From Micavibrio aeruginosavorus (GTDB lineage Bacteria; Pseudomonadota; Alphaproteobacteria; Micavibrionales; Micavibrionaceae): DNA of 64,000 nt. Each line of letters begins with the position of its first letter. Positions within the stretch are counted from its first letter, which is position 1. The stretch spans positions 4,645 to 68,644 of the forward strand of contig QFOT01000001.1 of the NCBI GenBank assembly GCA_003241285.1, written 5' to 3'. This document shows positions 54,351-64,000 of the stretch, piece after piece. Both the position numbers and the translations under genes were made by a program. Below the pieces are notes generated by a model that saw only the letters and a program-made list of their open reading frames with translations, was not told the origin of the DNA and ran no database searches.

Positions 54351-55364
54351 TTAGCCCGCCGCGCTTAAAATCAATTGATTAAGGAGGGTATCGACCGGCG
54401 TGCCTGTTTGCTTGGTGCGGGCTTCGACATCGGCAAGCTTGACTAAAAGATTGCGGGATTTTTTAGCCGGCCAGCGACCCAGCTGGGCCCGGAACATATC
54501 GGCGCTTTTGAAGAACAAAGGCGGTTGCAAGGATTTCATCGCTTCGTCTGCAGACTGGCCGTGAATTTCCATGAGGGATTTCGCCAGATGAAAACGCTGG
54601 ATATGATTTTGCAGCGTGCGCAAGATAACGATCGGCTCCGAGCCTTCATCCATAAGCGTACGCACCGATTTCATCGCCAGTTCGCGGTTGCCGCCGGTAA
54701 AGGCAAAGGCAAAATCATCGAGGGAATATAAACCGATATCGCCGCAGGATTGCTGTACGTCATGCAAGCTTACGTTTTTTTCAGCGCCCATATAAAGGGA
54801 GAGTTTCTCGATCTCCATACGCGCTCTGGCCCGGTCGCCTTTCACGGCGGAAGCCAGATAGGTGACGGCATCACTTGAGATGGTCAAACCCGTTTCGCGC
54901 AGCGCGTCCTTGATCAATACGCCAAGAGCCCGTTCATCCTCGACATAGCAAGGCAGGGCGGCGGCGTTGCTTTCCGCCTCGCAAAGTTTGCGCAGCGAAT
55001 CCTTCGGTTTTAAATCCCCCGCCTCCAGAATAACCAGAGTGTCGGGCGAGGGATTATTCTTCAGCCATAATTTGAGCGGCGCGGTCACTTCGTTTCCGGC
55101 GTCTGTAATGCGCAAGAGCCGCTTGCCGCCCATAAGCGATCCGGCATTGGCTTCGTCAGATAGTCGCGCCGGGTCGTTCTCAATGATATCGCCGGTCAGA
55201 TGCGCGGCGTTGAACGGATCGTTGATATCGGCGACTTGTCCCTGGCAGAGAATTTTACTGCGTTCTTTGACAAGGCCGCTATCGGGTCCATAAACCAGGA
55301 TAGCCCGAACACCCTTATCCGGTGATTTTATAAAACCATCGATCTGTTTTGTCTGAAGCTTCAT
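54351..55364 (-). CDS. holA: DNA polymerase III delta subunit
   Basis: 337 aa. The order leuS-lptE-holA and the N-terminal ILVYGPDSGLV pattern support the call. Confidence 0.85.
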   Translation of the reverse strand: MKLQTKQIDGFIKSPDKGVRAILVYGPDSGLVKERSKILCQGQVADINDPFNAAHLTGDIIENDPARLSDEANAGSLMGGKRLLRITDAGNEVTAPLKLWLKNNPSPDTLVILEAGDLKPKDSLRKLCEAESNAAALPCYVEDERALGVLIKDALRETGLTISSDAVTYLASAVKGDRARARMEIEKLSLYMGAEKNVSLHDVQQSCGDIGLYSLDDFAFAFTGGNRELAMKSVRTLMDEGSEPIVILRTLQNHIQRFHLAKSLMEIHGQSADEAMKSLQPPLFFKSADMFRAQLGRWPAKKSRNLLVKLADVEARTKQTGTPVDTLLNQLILSAAG

Positions 55365-55876
55365 CGATTAAAATAAAGCGATAATTGAAGCTGGGCCTGA
55401 CGTGCCAGATCTCTCAGCGCGTTTTCCGTGGCATCCTGTTCGGTGACGTTCGTTGCGAATTCCGACGGCAGAATATTATAACTGGAAATGCTGCGCAGCG
55501 AGCGACTTAAAACTGTTTCATTCGTTTTGCGGTCAGTCAGGCTGATCGTAATCTGGGCAATGATCTGCGCGCGCGTCGCTTCCGAGCTTTTCGTCAGGTC
55601 AAGCTCGCGGTCCGTGATATCCAGCTTTGAAAAGCTGAGCGTGTAAGCGGGGTTTTGCGACGCGCCTCTTGGCTGGAGCATGTCTATCAGCTCATTGCGT
55701 AGAAATTGTCCTTCGCGGTCTTCGATATAGGCGATCTCGATATCCGCCATCGATTTCCCGGCTTCTGATTTTTCCTGAGATGCCGAATGCGAGCCGTACA
55801 TCGGCTGGAAGCCGCATCCAGTAAGGAGTAGGCAGTAAGTTGTAACGAGTAAGGAGAAAGAGAGAAGTTTATGCAT
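55361..55876 (-). CDS. lptE: LPS-assembly lipoprotein LptE
   Basis: 171 aa with lipobox LLTGC followed by GFQPMYG. Lies immediately downstream of leuS. Confidence 0.85.
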   Translation of the reverse strand: MHKLLSFSLLVTTYCLLLTGCGFQPMYGSHSASQEKSEAGKSMADIEIAYIEDREGQFLRNELIDMLQPRGASQNPAYTLSFSKLDITDRELDLTKSSEATRAQIIAQITISLTDRKTNETVLSRSLRSISSYNILPSEFATNVTEQDATENALRDLARQAQLQLSLYFNR

Positions 55877-55878
55877 GA

Positions 55879-58431
55879 CTAACCTATGACGACGTTGACG
55901 ATTCTACCCGGCACAACGATGACTTTTTTAATTTCCTTGCCTACTAAAGCCTTGGCGACATCGTCATTGGCGAAAGCCAGTTCCTGTGTCGTTTTCTGGT
56001 CGGCATTGAACGGCACGATGATCTCGGTTTTGCGTTTGCCGTTAAGCTGAACGACGACGGTCACGGTGTCATTGACCAGATATTTGGGCTCGGCTTTCGG
56101 CCATTCCATGCCGGCCAGCAATTCAGTATGGCCAAAGCCTGCCCATAATTCCTCGGTGATATGCGGGATCATCGGGTTGAAACCGCGGATCAGGAATTCG
56201 AGCGTCTGGCGCAGGGCTGCTTTATCGCCGTCGCTTTGCGGTTTGAAGCTCTCCGCCATATTCGACAATTCGCGCAAACGCGCGACAGCCTTGTTCATAT
56301 GGAAGGCTTCAATGTCTTTGGCGACGGCATCCATCGTCTGATGGGCTTTTTGTAGAAGTTTTTCCGCATCGCCGGAAATATCTTTCGTCTCGGTTTTCGG
56401 CAGATCGAGATTCTCACTGACCAGACGGTGCAGGCGGTTGATATAGCGCCATGCGCCCTCTAAGCCCGATACCGTCCATTCCAGATCGCGGTCCGGAGGC
56501 GAGTCGGAGAGAATAAATAAACGCGCAGCGTCTGCGCCGTAGGAATCCAGAATATCCTGCGGGTCGATCGTGTTGCGTTTCGATTTCGACATTTTCTCTA
56601 CGCGGCCTTGTACGACTGGCGAGCCATCATCGAGCTTGATCCATTTTCCGCCCTCTTGCGTGACTTCGGTTGGATAGAGCCATTTACCATCCTTGTCTTT
56701 ATACGTCGCGTGATTGACCATGCCTTGCGTGTAAAGACCTAGGAAGGGCTCGCGGCTTAAAACCGGATAGCCGCAATCCTGAAGCGCGCGCGTGAAAAAG
56801 CGGGAATAGAGAAGATGGAGGACCGCATGTTCGACGCCGCCGATATATTGATCGACCGCGCCCCAGTAATGCGCCGCGTCTTTCGAGAAGGCTTCGTTTT
56901 CGTTTCGAGCATCGAGATAGCGCAGGAAATACCAGCTTGAATCGACGAAGGTATCCATCGTGTCGGTTTCACGGGTCGCTTTACCGTTACAGGTAGGACA
57001 GGTCGTGTATTTCCATGTCGGGTGACGCTCAAGCGGATTTCCCGGTTTGTCGTAGCTGATATCTTTCGGCAGTTCGACAGGCAGCATGCTTTCCGGCAAC
57101 GGCACAACGCCGCACGCATCGCAGTGAACGAAGGGGATCGGCGCACCCCAGTAACGCTGGCGAACAGCGCCCCAGTCACGCAGGCGGTATTGCGTCACGC
57201 CCTCGCCTTTGCCGAGCGATTCAATTTTTGCAATCGCGGCGGCCTTGGCGTCATTGGTCGAGAGGCCATCGAGGAATTGCGAATTGGTGATGATGCCCGG
57301 GCCTGTATAGGCTTCTTTGGATAAATCGGCATCACCGTTTTCCGCCGCCACAACCTGCTTGACCGGCAATTTATATTTCGTTGCGAAATCGAAGTCGCGT
57401 TGGTCATGCGCCGGACAGCCGAAGACCGCGCCGGTGCCGTAATCCATCAACACGAAATTCGCGACATAAACCGGAAGCTGCCAGCTCGCATCGAAAGGAT
57501 GGGAAACTTTATGCCCCGTGTCGAAACCGATTTTTTCTGCCTGCTCGATAGCGGCTTCGGACGTGCCGCCTGCCTGACATTCCTTGATGAATTCGTCAAA
57601 GCCTTGCTTCTCGCCGGCAAGTTTTTTCGCCAGCGGATGATCGGGGGCAATGGCGATAAAACTTGCGCCAAAAAGCGTATCGGGCCGCGTTGTAAAAACA
57701 TCTATCTTGTCACCTGTTCCGGCGACATCCCATGTAACGCGCGCGCCCTGCGACCTGTTGATCCAGTTCTCCTGCATCAGGCGGACTTTTTCCGGCCAAC
57801 GCTCGAGTGTCGGAATAGCGTCTAAAAGTTCATCGGCATATTTGGTGATGCGGAAGAACCATTGATTGAGTTTGCGGCGCTCGACGGCTGCGCCCGTTCT
57901 CCAGCCCTTGCCGTCGATCACCTGTTCATTGGCGAGCACGGTATTATCGACCGGGTCCCAGTTGACCATCGACTCTTTGCGGTAGGCGAGATCGTTTTTG
58001 TAGAGATCCAAGAACATCTTTTGCTGATGCTTGTAATAACCCGGATGACAGGTCGCAACCTCGCGGCTCCAGTCAATCGCAAGTCCCATCGATAAAAGCT
58101 GGGACTTCATTTGCGCGATATTGGAATAGGTCCAGTCGGACGGGTGAAGATTTCGCTCGATCGCGGCGTTCTCCGCCGGCAAACCAAAAGCGTCCCATCC
58201 CATCGGATTTAAAACGTTATAACCTTTGGCTTTGCGGTAACGGGCGACGACGTCGGAGAGGGAATAATTGCGCACATGGCCGATATGAATGCGGCCCGAC
58301 GGATAGGGCAGCATGGCAAGAACGTAATATTTCGGCTTCGATTTATCTTCGGTGACCTTGAACGTATTTTGCTCGTCCCAGATCCTGCGCCATTTTTCTT
58401 CCGTCTCGCGGATATTATACCGTTCAGTCAT
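55879..58431 (-). CDS. leuS: leucine--tRNA ligase
   Basis: Track ORF extends to 58479; the likely start is MTERYN at 58431. HIGH motif HIGHVRNY and KMSKS motif present. Confidence 0.97.
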   Translation of the reverse strand: MTERYNIRETEEKWRRIWDEQNTFKVTEDKSKPKYYVLAMLPYPSGRIHIGHVRNYSLSDVVARYRKAKGYNVLNPMGWDAFGLPAENAAIERNLHPSDWTYSNIAQMKSQLLSMGLAIDWSREVATCHPGYYKHQQKMFLDLYKNDLAYRKESMVNWDPVDNTVLANEQVIDGKGWRTGAAVERRKLNQWFFRITKYADELLDAIPTLERWPEKVRLMQENWINRSQGARVTWDVAGTGDKIDVFTTRPDTLFGASFIAIAPDHPLAKKLAGEKQGFDEFIKECQAGGTSEAAIEQAEKIGFDTGHKVSHPFDASWQLPVYVANFVLMDYGTGAVFGCPAHDQRDFDFATKYKLPVKQVVAAENGDADLSKEAYTGPGIITNSQFLDGLSTNDAKAAAIAKIESLGKGEGVTQYRLRDWGAVRQRYWGAPIPFVHCDACGVVPLPESMLPVELPKDISYDKPGNPLERHPTWKYTTCPTCNGKATRETDTMDTFVDSSWYFLRYLDARNENEAFSKDAAHYWGAVDQYIGGVEHAVLHLLYSRFFTRALQDCGYPVLSREPFLGLYTQGMVNHATYKDKDGKWLYPTEVTQEGGKWIKLDDGSPVVQGRVEKMSKSKRNTIDPQDILDSYGADAARLFILSDSPPDRDLEWTVSGLEGAWRYINRLHRLVSENLDLPKTETKDISGDAEKLLQKAHQTMDAVAKDIEAFHMNKAVARLRELSNMAESFKPQSDGDKAALRQTLEFLIRGFNPMIPHITEELWAGFGHTELLAGMEWPKAEPKYLVNDTVTVVVQLNGKRKTEIIVPFNADQKTTQELAFANDDVAKALVGKEIKKVIVVPGRIVNVVIG

Positions 58432-58564
58432 TTTACTCTTATTCCATTCAATGAGGCCTCTAATTAAGCACCAAGACACGGAAAAAGAAAGAGTTTAACC
58501 GTGGCTTTACAGCTAAGTGGAATTTTAAAGCTATTGAAATGTTGGTCATCAAAGGAGATTTCAA

Positions 58565-58720
58565 ATGACCAAGAATCCGAATAAAGATGCCAATAATATG
58601 GGCGGGCCAAGTTTTCACCCGGAGCTAAAGGATAAAACCCCTAAGCGCGATACGATGGACAAAAATCAGGCGGGCAAAAATGGCGAAATACTCGCCGAGG
58701 ATCAGGTGCCGCCGCTTTAA
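58565..58720 (+). CDS. putative 51-aa hydrophilic protein
   Basis: MTKNPNKDANNMGGPSFHPELKDKTPKRDTMDKNQAGKNGEILAEDQVPPL, with a strong SD (aaaggag) 7 nt upstream. Confidence 0.35.
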   Translation: MTKNPNKDANNMGGPSFHPELKDKTPKRDTMDKNQAGKNGEILAEDQVPPL

Positions 58721-58723
58721 CAC

Positions 58724-58749
58724 GAGATTCCTGCTTTCGCAGGAATGAC
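58724..58749 (-). repeat. type-A element, reverse orientation
   Basis: gagattcctgctttcgcaggaatgac is the exact reverse complement of the unit at 12382. Confidence 0.9.
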
Positions 58750-58765
58750 ATGGATTAAAGATTGA

Positions 58766-59311
58766 TTAGAACAGGCCGCCTTCTTCCTTGGCGACGCGCA
58801 TCTGGCGAGCCCGGGTTAGAATGGCGTCTTCAAGCTTGCGGGATGTATCGGCTGCAACAGGCGCATCGACCCAGCCGCCACTGCGCTTGACCTGACGGAA
58901 CGCTTTGACCTTTACGCCATCCGCTTTGAGCTCGCGGCCTAATATAAAGACATTCAGTTTTGTCCGCTCAGATGGTGAGGAAGGATCTGTATACCAGTCG
59001 GTAATGATCGTGCCGCCAAACGGGTCAGCCGAGGCAAGCGGCATAAAGGAAATCGTATCGAGCGACGCGCGCCATAGATAAGAGTTAACATCGATCCCGT
59101 TATCGCCGCGGCTATTATCGCGGCCGCGCGAGCCGCCAAGCAAGCCGTCTTTTCCAAACACGCCCTGCGGCTTGTCGTAAATATTGGCATCGCCTGCCAT
59201 GGTACGGTCCATACCGGTTGGATATTTGGCTTCGCCTTTACCTAAAATACCGCAGCCGCTGAGGCCGAGAACGGTGAATGCCATAAGGGCGAATTTTGAG
59301 GAATTATCCAT
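58766..59311 (-). CDS. DUF3576-like lipoprotein
   Basis: 181 aa with lipobox LGLSGC and motif NSYLWRASLDTISFMPLASADPFGGTIITDWY. Adjacent to leuS, as I recall for this family in alphaproteobacteria. Confidence 0.6.
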   Translation of the reverse strand: MDNSSKFALMAFTVLGLSGCGILGKGEAKYPTGMDRTMAGDANIYDKPQGVFGKDGLLGGSRGRDNSRGDNGIDVNSYLWRASLDTISFMPLASADPFGGTIITDWYTDPSSPSERTKLNVFILGRELKADGVKVKAFRQVKRSGGWVDAPVAADTSRKLEDAILTRARQMRVAKEEGGLF

Positions 59312-59554
59312 GCGAGCCTCTCTAAAAATATTCGATTATAAGGACTTAGCATGCTGCAGGCCCATCCTCAAGGGGGCAGGAGACAAAGAGAATATAAATA
59401 TGACAGGGCAATTTAGTTGCGAAAATACCACATGGAGGGGATATTTAAGATAGCTCAAAACTCGGAGATTGCTTTTATCGGGGTGCCTCCACAAAATACC
59501 ATAAATCCAGCCCCGTTCGGGGACGATCTCCAGACCATTTTAAAGGATAAATTC

Positions 59555-60295
59555 ATGAACAAACTCATTGCCCTGTTTGCCGCTGCGCTTATTGCAGTTT
59601 CGGCGGCCCCTTTTGCGCAAGCGCAGGAAACAGAATCTTCTTTCCCTGGCGATTTTTCCGCCAATATCGCCATGACATCGGATTATACTTTCCGCGGTAT
59701 TTCCCAGTCCGATGAAGGCCCGGCGATTCAGGGCGGCTTCGATTACTCCTATAACGATGAAACAGATGCTTTTCCGGGCTTTTATGCAGGTATCTGGGGC
59801 TCGAACGTGGATTTCAATGACGGCGACGAGGCCTCGATGGAAATCGACGGTTATGCGGGCTTTCAGGGCACGATCGACCAGACCGGCACTGACTGGAAAC
59901 TCGGCGGTATTTACTATTGGTACCCGGGCGCTGATGATGATCTAAACTATGATTTCTGGGAAGTTGCGGGTTCTTTAACCCATGATTTCGGGCCTTTCGC
60001 CCTTTCCGGCGCGGTCAACTATTCGCCTGAATATTTCGGCGAAACCGGGGATGCCTGGTATTTCTCCTCAGCCGCTACCGTGCCCCTGCCATATGATCTT
60101 AGCCTGAATGCTCACCTGGGTTATCAGGATGTAGAAGACGCGGCAGACTATCTCGACTGGTCCGCAGGCCTCGGTTATTCATGGAACGGCTTTAATTTTG
60201 CCGTTAATTACATCGATACGGATCTGGACGAGCCTGAAGAATGTTTCGACGGTTGCTCAGAGCGCGTAGTGTTTACGGTTTCCAGAGCGTTCTAA
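59555..60295 (+). CDS. TorF-family putative outer-membrane porin
   Basis: Likely start is MNKLIALFAAALIAVSAAPFAQA (track ORF begins at 59417). Motif SANIAMTSDYTFRGISQSDEGPAIQGGFDYSY. C-terminal aromatic residue. Confidence 0.6.
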   Translation: MNKLIALFAAALIAVSAAPFAQAQETESSFPGDFSANIAMTSDYTFRGISQSDEGPAIQGGFDYSYNDETDAFPGFYAGIWGSNVDFNDGDEASMEIDGYAGFQGTIDQTGTDWKLGGIYYWYPGADDDLNYDFWEVAGSLTHDFGPFALSGAVNYSPEYFGETGDAWYFSSAATVPLPYDLSLNAHLGYQDVEDAADYLDWSAGLGYSWNGFNFAVNYIDTDLDEPEECFDGCSERVVFTVSRAF

Positions 60296-60310
60296 TTTAT
60301 CGATATCCCG

Positions 60311-60336
60311 AAAACCCGCCGGAAGGCGGGTTTTTT
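60311..60336 (+). terminator. rho-independent terminator
   Basis: cccgcc-ggaa-ggcggg followed by tttttt. Confidence 0.85.
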
Positions 60337-60567
60337 CGTTATATACCATAAATATCAATAACTTAGCAAAAATCGACCATACCTCTGTGCTCTTTTTGCC
60401 ACATGGCCTGATTAAATGTGGCTTATTTGCAGAGGGCCGATTGCTTTTACCCTCTTACAGGTAAATATTGGGGACGTGCCTGTCAGGACTTCTGTCGTCC
60501 TGTGGTCACACCACAACTATGTGGCCCAATACAGGCTGCGACTTTAAACTTTAAATTGGAGATACCC

Positions 60568-61674
60568 ATGAACAAACTATTGTTGAGCTCTGCTGTAGCA
60601 GTTCTCGCTTTGTCTGCCGCTCCTGCGTTCGCGCAAGACGACAGCACATTGAAGCTGAACCTCGGTGGTCACTTCAAAGGCTACGTTAACTACACAGATC
60701 AAGATGACGAGCTGATCGCTGGTTCCACATCAGGCACAAACGATTTCGACATCCTGCGTCAAACTGAAGTTCACTTCGGCGGCGAAACAACTCTGGACAA
60801 CGGTCTGACAGTTGGTGCGCAAATCGAAGCTATCGCTGACGGCGGTGAGTCTTTCGACCTTGATGAATCCTACGTGTACATGGCTGGTACATGGGGTCGC
60901 GTAAACTTCGGTGACGAAGACGGCGCTGCTTACTTGCTTCAAGTTGCCGCTCCATCAGGTGATGACAACATCGACGGTATCCGTCAGTTCATCAACCCAA
61001 TCAACTACGGTACAGCTGGTGCAGCTCTTTCCCCATTCTATGATGGCGGCATTGACTACGCTAACGATATCGCAGGTAACGCTGACAAAATCACATACTT
61101 GACACCAGTTTACTCTGGTTTCCAGGCTGGCGTTTCCTACACACCAACACTTGATACTGACGATGTAACAGTATCACGCGGCGGCAACGGTAACTCTCTG
61201 AACGACGCAACGTCGATCGACAACGTATGGGAAGCTGCTCTTCGTTACGAAGGTTCTTTCAACAATGTTGGCATGATCCTCGGCGGTGGTTACACATTTG
61301 CTGACTCCGATACATCACAATGGAACGTTGGCGGTGATTTCGACATCGGCGCATTCGGTCTTGGTGCAGTCTACACACAAACAGAAGCTTCTGTTGATGG
61401 CGCTGGCGCACTTCTCGGTCTGACAGACGCTGATACAGTCGTCGTCGGTGGTGACTACACAACTGGCCCATTCAAAGTTGGTGTATCTTACCTGACATCC
61501 GATCAAGACAACATTCTTGAAGTTGACCGTTACACCGGTGGTGTAATCTACACATACGGCCCAGGCATGTCCTTCCGCGGTTCTGTTTCTTACGCAGACT
61601 TCGATGACGCTCCAGGCGCAGCCGGTGATGCAGATGCAACATCCGTATTGCTTGGTACACAAATCAACTTCTAA
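60568..61674 (+). CDS. outer-membrane general porin, paralog 2 (probably the major porin)
   Basis: Start MNKLLLSSAVAVLALSAAPAFA with SD ggaga (track ORF begins at 60418). Ends ...GTQINF. Codon usage is strongly biased (ggt, aca, ctt, tac, gac) compared with its neighbours. Confidence 0.9.
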   Translation: MNKLLLSSAVAVLALSAAPAFAQDDSTLKLNLGGHFKGYVNYTDQDDELIAGSTSGTNDFDILRQTEVHFGGETTLDNGLTVGAQIEAIADGGESFDLDESYVYMAGTWGRVNFGDEDGAAYLLQVAAPSGDDNIDGIRQFINPINYGTAGAALSPFYDGGIDYANDIAGNADKITYLTPVYSGFQAGVSYTPTLDTDDVTVSRGGNGNSLNDATSIDNVWEAALRYEGSFNNVGMILGGGYTFADSDTSQWNVGGDFDIGAFGLGAVYTQTEASVDGAGALLGLTDADTVVVGGDYTTGPFKVGVSYLTSDQDNILEVDRYTGGVIYTYGPGMSFRGSVSYADFDDAPGAAGDADATSVLLGTQINF

Positions 61675-61697
61675 TTCTTTAGAAGTATAGAAATTAG

Positions 61698-61729
61698 AAA
61701 GGGTCCGGTTTTTTCCGGGCCCTTTTTTT
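61698..61729 (+). terminator. rho-independent terminator
   Basis: gggtccgg-tttttt-ccgggccc (one G-U pair) followed by ttttttt. Confidence 0.8.
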
Positions 61730-61790
61730 ATTTCCCGTTAATTTGTTTCGTTTAACTTTCTTCCGTATTTCAACAATCGAAAGAAATGTT

Positions 61791-62915
61791 ATGATTTCAG
61801 CCGTGAAAAGATTTTTGGCTCTTCCTTTATTACTCTGTGTATTTGGACATCAAGTTCATGCACAGGAAGATAATGCGCTCAAGCTCGGTATCACCGGACA
61901 TTTCAAGATGTACGGCAATTTCACCGATCAGGATGAGAATATAAATTCCGGCGTGCATAAATTCGATATCCTGCGCGATGTCGATATCGGCGTATCCGGC
62001 GAAACCGAACTGGATAATGGCTGGACGGTCGGCGCTGTGATCAATGCCGATGGCGATGCAGGGGACGGATTTAATCTTGAAGATGGCTTTGTTTATCTTT
62101 CAGGCGAGTACGGACGTTTCAGCTTTGGCCTTGAAGACAGTGCCAATTTTCAATTACAGGTTTCCGCCCCTTCGGCGGATGAAAATATTGACGGTCTTGA
62201 AACTTTTATAAATCCAGTCAACTGGTCGGCAACGACATTGGCAGGATCTAACTTCGAATCTTCCGCTTCCAATCTCGGCTTTGATTACGATAACGATTCA
62301 ACATCCGGCTATGACAAGATAACTTATTTTACACCTCTTGCCGGCGGATTGCAGGCAGGCGCATCCTATACGCCCGATGTTACGGACGGCTCCTCGCGCG
62401 GCGGTAACGGCAACTCACTGAGAAGTGATGACTTCTATGGTGACGCTTATGAAATCGGGACACGTTTCGAACGTGAGTTTCGAACATGGACGATGGCGCT
62501 GGGCGCCGGCTACACGCTGATCAATCTTGAAAATAACACAACGCCAGGGCTGGATGATTTCAAAGAATGGAACGGCGCAGCGAATATCGGAATAGACAAG
62601 TACAGTGTCGGGGCTGTCTATACGGAGAATAATGGCGGGTCCTCACTGCAGGCTGACCAGAAAACATTCGTGCTGGGGGCGGATTACACATTCGGGGATT
62701 ACCGTATCGGCGCGTCTTATTTAAACCGAAGCGTTGAAGAAAACGGTGCGGGAACGACAAAGGCGGATCGCTACACGGGCGGCCTCGTCTATGAATATGG
62801 GCCAGGTCTGAGCTTCCGCGGCAGTGTTTCGCATGTCAATGTGAGTGCGCCTGCCGCTATCTCTAGTGACGTTGAGAGCACATCCGTTTTGCTGGGCACG
62901 CAAATTCTCTTTTAG
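61791..62915 (+). CDS. outer-membrane general porin, paralog 3
   Basis: Start MISAVKRFLALPLLLCVFGHQVHA (track ORF begins at 61743). Ends ...GTQILF. Collinear with the other two porins. Confidence 0.85.
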   Translation: MISAVKRFLALPLLLCVFGHQVHAQEDNALKLGITGHFKMYGNFTDQDENINSGVHKFDILRDVDIGVSGETELDNGWTVGAVINADGDAGDGFNLEDGFVYLSGEYGRFSFGLEDSANFQLQVSAPSADENIDGLETFINPVNWSATTLAGSNFESSASNLGFDYDNDSTSGYDKITYFTPLAGGLQAGASYTPDVTDGSSRGGNGNSLRSDDFYGDAYEIGTRFEREFRTWTMALGAGYTLINLENNTTPGLDDFKEWNGAANIGIDKYSVGAVYTENNGGSSLQADQKTFVLGADYTFGDYRIGASYLNRSVEENGAGTTKADRYTGGLVYEYGPGLSFRGSVSHVNVSAPAAISSDVESTSVLLGTQILF

Positions 62916-62946
62916 ATGAAGGTGTTTTTGCCTTAGGATCAAGCGC

Positions 62947-63579
62947 ATGAGCATCGCAGATCGTTTTTCAGCCATCAGAAATAAAATAGCAGATCAGGCA
63001 AAACTTATTGCGGTCAGTAAAACGCAGAGCGCGGAGAAAATTCAAGCGGCGCTGGATTGCGGCCATCTCTTATTCGGTGAGAATCGCGTTCAGGAAGCAA
63101 AGCTGCATTGGAGTGAGCACAGGAAAAATCATACTGATCTTGAATTGCACTTGATCGGGCCATTGCAAACCAATAAGGCAAAAGAGGCTGTGGCTTTATT
63201 CGATATTATCCAAACAATAGATCGCAAAAATCTTGTCGATGCGCTGGCGAAAGAACAAGAAAAACAAAACCGGAATTTAAAATATTTCATTCAGGTCAAT
63301 ACCGGCGCGGAAGAGCAAAAAGCCGGTATCGGGATCGAGGAATTTCCAGCGCTTCTAAAATATGCGCAAGGCAAGGGCTTAAACATTATCGGCCTGATGT
63401 GCATTCCACCCGTCGATGAGAACCCGCAGCCGCATTTCGATCTTTTGAGAAAGCTTGCCGGTGAAAATAATTTAAAAGAGCTAAGCATGGGGATGAGCGA
63501 TGATTTTGAAACGGCGATTAATTGCGGCGCGACTTATGTCAGGATTGGCTCTGCTTTATTCGGGGCGAGAGAAGCCTAA
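62947..63579 (+). CDS. yggS: YggS-family pyridoxal-phosphate homeostasis protein
   Basis: 210 aa with AVSKTQS (PLP lysine), FGENRVQE and IGSALFG motifs. Confidence 0.9.
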   Translation: MSIADRFSAIRNKIADQAKLIAVSKTQSAEKIQAALDCGHLLFGENRVQEAKLHWSEHRKNHTDLELHLIGPLQTNKAKEAVALFDIIQTIDRKNLVDALAKEQEKQNRNLKYFIQVNTGAEEQKAGIGIEEFPALLKYAQGKGLNIIGLMCIPPVDENPQPHFDLLRKLAGENNLKELSMGMSDDFETAINCGATYVRIGSALFGAREA

Positions 63580-64000
63580 TTTATTTGAAGGCTATGAAGG
63601 AAAATAAGCCTTCCGCTCGAGCTCTGCTTAAAACAAAAACTGGATTTACCCTTGATCGCCGCAAGGCTCGCCGCAGCACCAGAAGGTTGTGAAACAGAAG
63701 ATGGGATGCTCGTCGTACCATCATAGTCAATACCGTTCATATTCACTGTAGGGATAATGACGAGACCGAATTTTTTATTCAACGCAAGGCAGATATCATT
63801 GGGCAGGTCATGAACGAGAATGCTTGGATCAGCAACGCTCGTGCCGTTCTCCTGCACATTCTCCCAGTATAAAACCGAATGCCCGGGCGAAGTGCTACCT
63901 GAACCACATGATGCACAAGGGAAGGAGATGCCTGTAAAGGAAATGGGGGTTATACTGCCGCCCTTTGGGTGGAAAACATAAAGAGAGGGATCGCTTGGGG
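63576..64000 (-). CDS. hypothetical protein, 5' end beyond the window
   Basis: Track ORF 63576..63857 uses an internal GTG. I followed the same frame and it stays open to position 64000 (...GISFPCASCGSGSTSPGHSVLYWENVQENG...). No motif recognised. Confidence 0.4.
   Translation of the reverse strand, partial: PSDPSLYVFHPKGGSITPISFTGISFPCASCGSGSTSPGHSVLYWENVQENGTSVADPSILVHDLPNDICLALNKKFGLVIIPTVNMNGIDYDGTTSIPSSVSQPSGAAASLAAIKGKSSFCFKQSSSGRLIFLHSLQIN

Noticed and set aside
6921-58749. Possibility that the recurring palindromic 26-mers form a CRISPR array.
   Set aside because: The copies are dispersed over 50 kb singly or as inverted pairs. They are not regularly spaced direct repeats with unique spacers, and no cas genes are present.
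1-64000. Search for tRNA, rRNA, tmRNA, RNase P RNA, SRP RNA, transposases, integrases, phage genes or known defence-system genes.
   Set aside because: I did not recognise conserved cores (for example T-loop GGTTCGAATCC-type motifs, or the SRP or tmRNA signatures) or any such protein motifs by eye. A covariance-model scan (tRNAscan-SE, Infernal/Rfam) would be needed to exclude small RNAs.

Overview
This is a 64-kb chromosomal segment that looks alphaproteobacterial by gene content and order. The conserved housekeeping blocks are rpmH-rnpA-yidD-yidC-engB, trpF-trpB-(DUF218)-trpA-accD-folC, ihfB-lapA-like-pyrF, rho...mnmE, mnmG-rsmG-parA-parB and leuS-lptE-holA, plus three paralogous general porins and a TorF-like porin. 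By eye these blocks are GC-richer than several AT-richer accessory inserts at about 17.6-19.6, 27.4-30.8, 42.2-43.0 and 47.7-49.2 kb. I recognised no rRNA, tRNA, CRISPR array, transposase, integrase or known defence genes. The best candidate for an undescribed system is a four-gene chaperone-usher-like fimbrial operon at 21.2-26.4 kb. It is built on two DUF4402-like subunits and an unusually long usher, and is preceded on the same strand by a TPR/GT-like/FkbM-methyltransferase fusion and a protein of an unknown family with a second paralog at 6.3 kb. Other notable items: (1) tandem pilin-like paralogs behind a perfect 21-bp palindrome; (2) two families of dispersed palindromic REP/MITE-like elements, with one copy in frame inside folC and one supplying the stop codon of a UbiH-like gene; (3) two perfect parS sites inside rsmG, within an mnmG-parB block that is inverted relative to the usual alphaproteobacterial order; (4) an AT-rich islet with a duplicated ~112-bp promoter/leader cassette, tiny secreted ORFs and an A7-tract split gene; (5) a membrane protein with eight CxxC knuckles. 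All functional calls come from motif recognition by eye. No database search was run.
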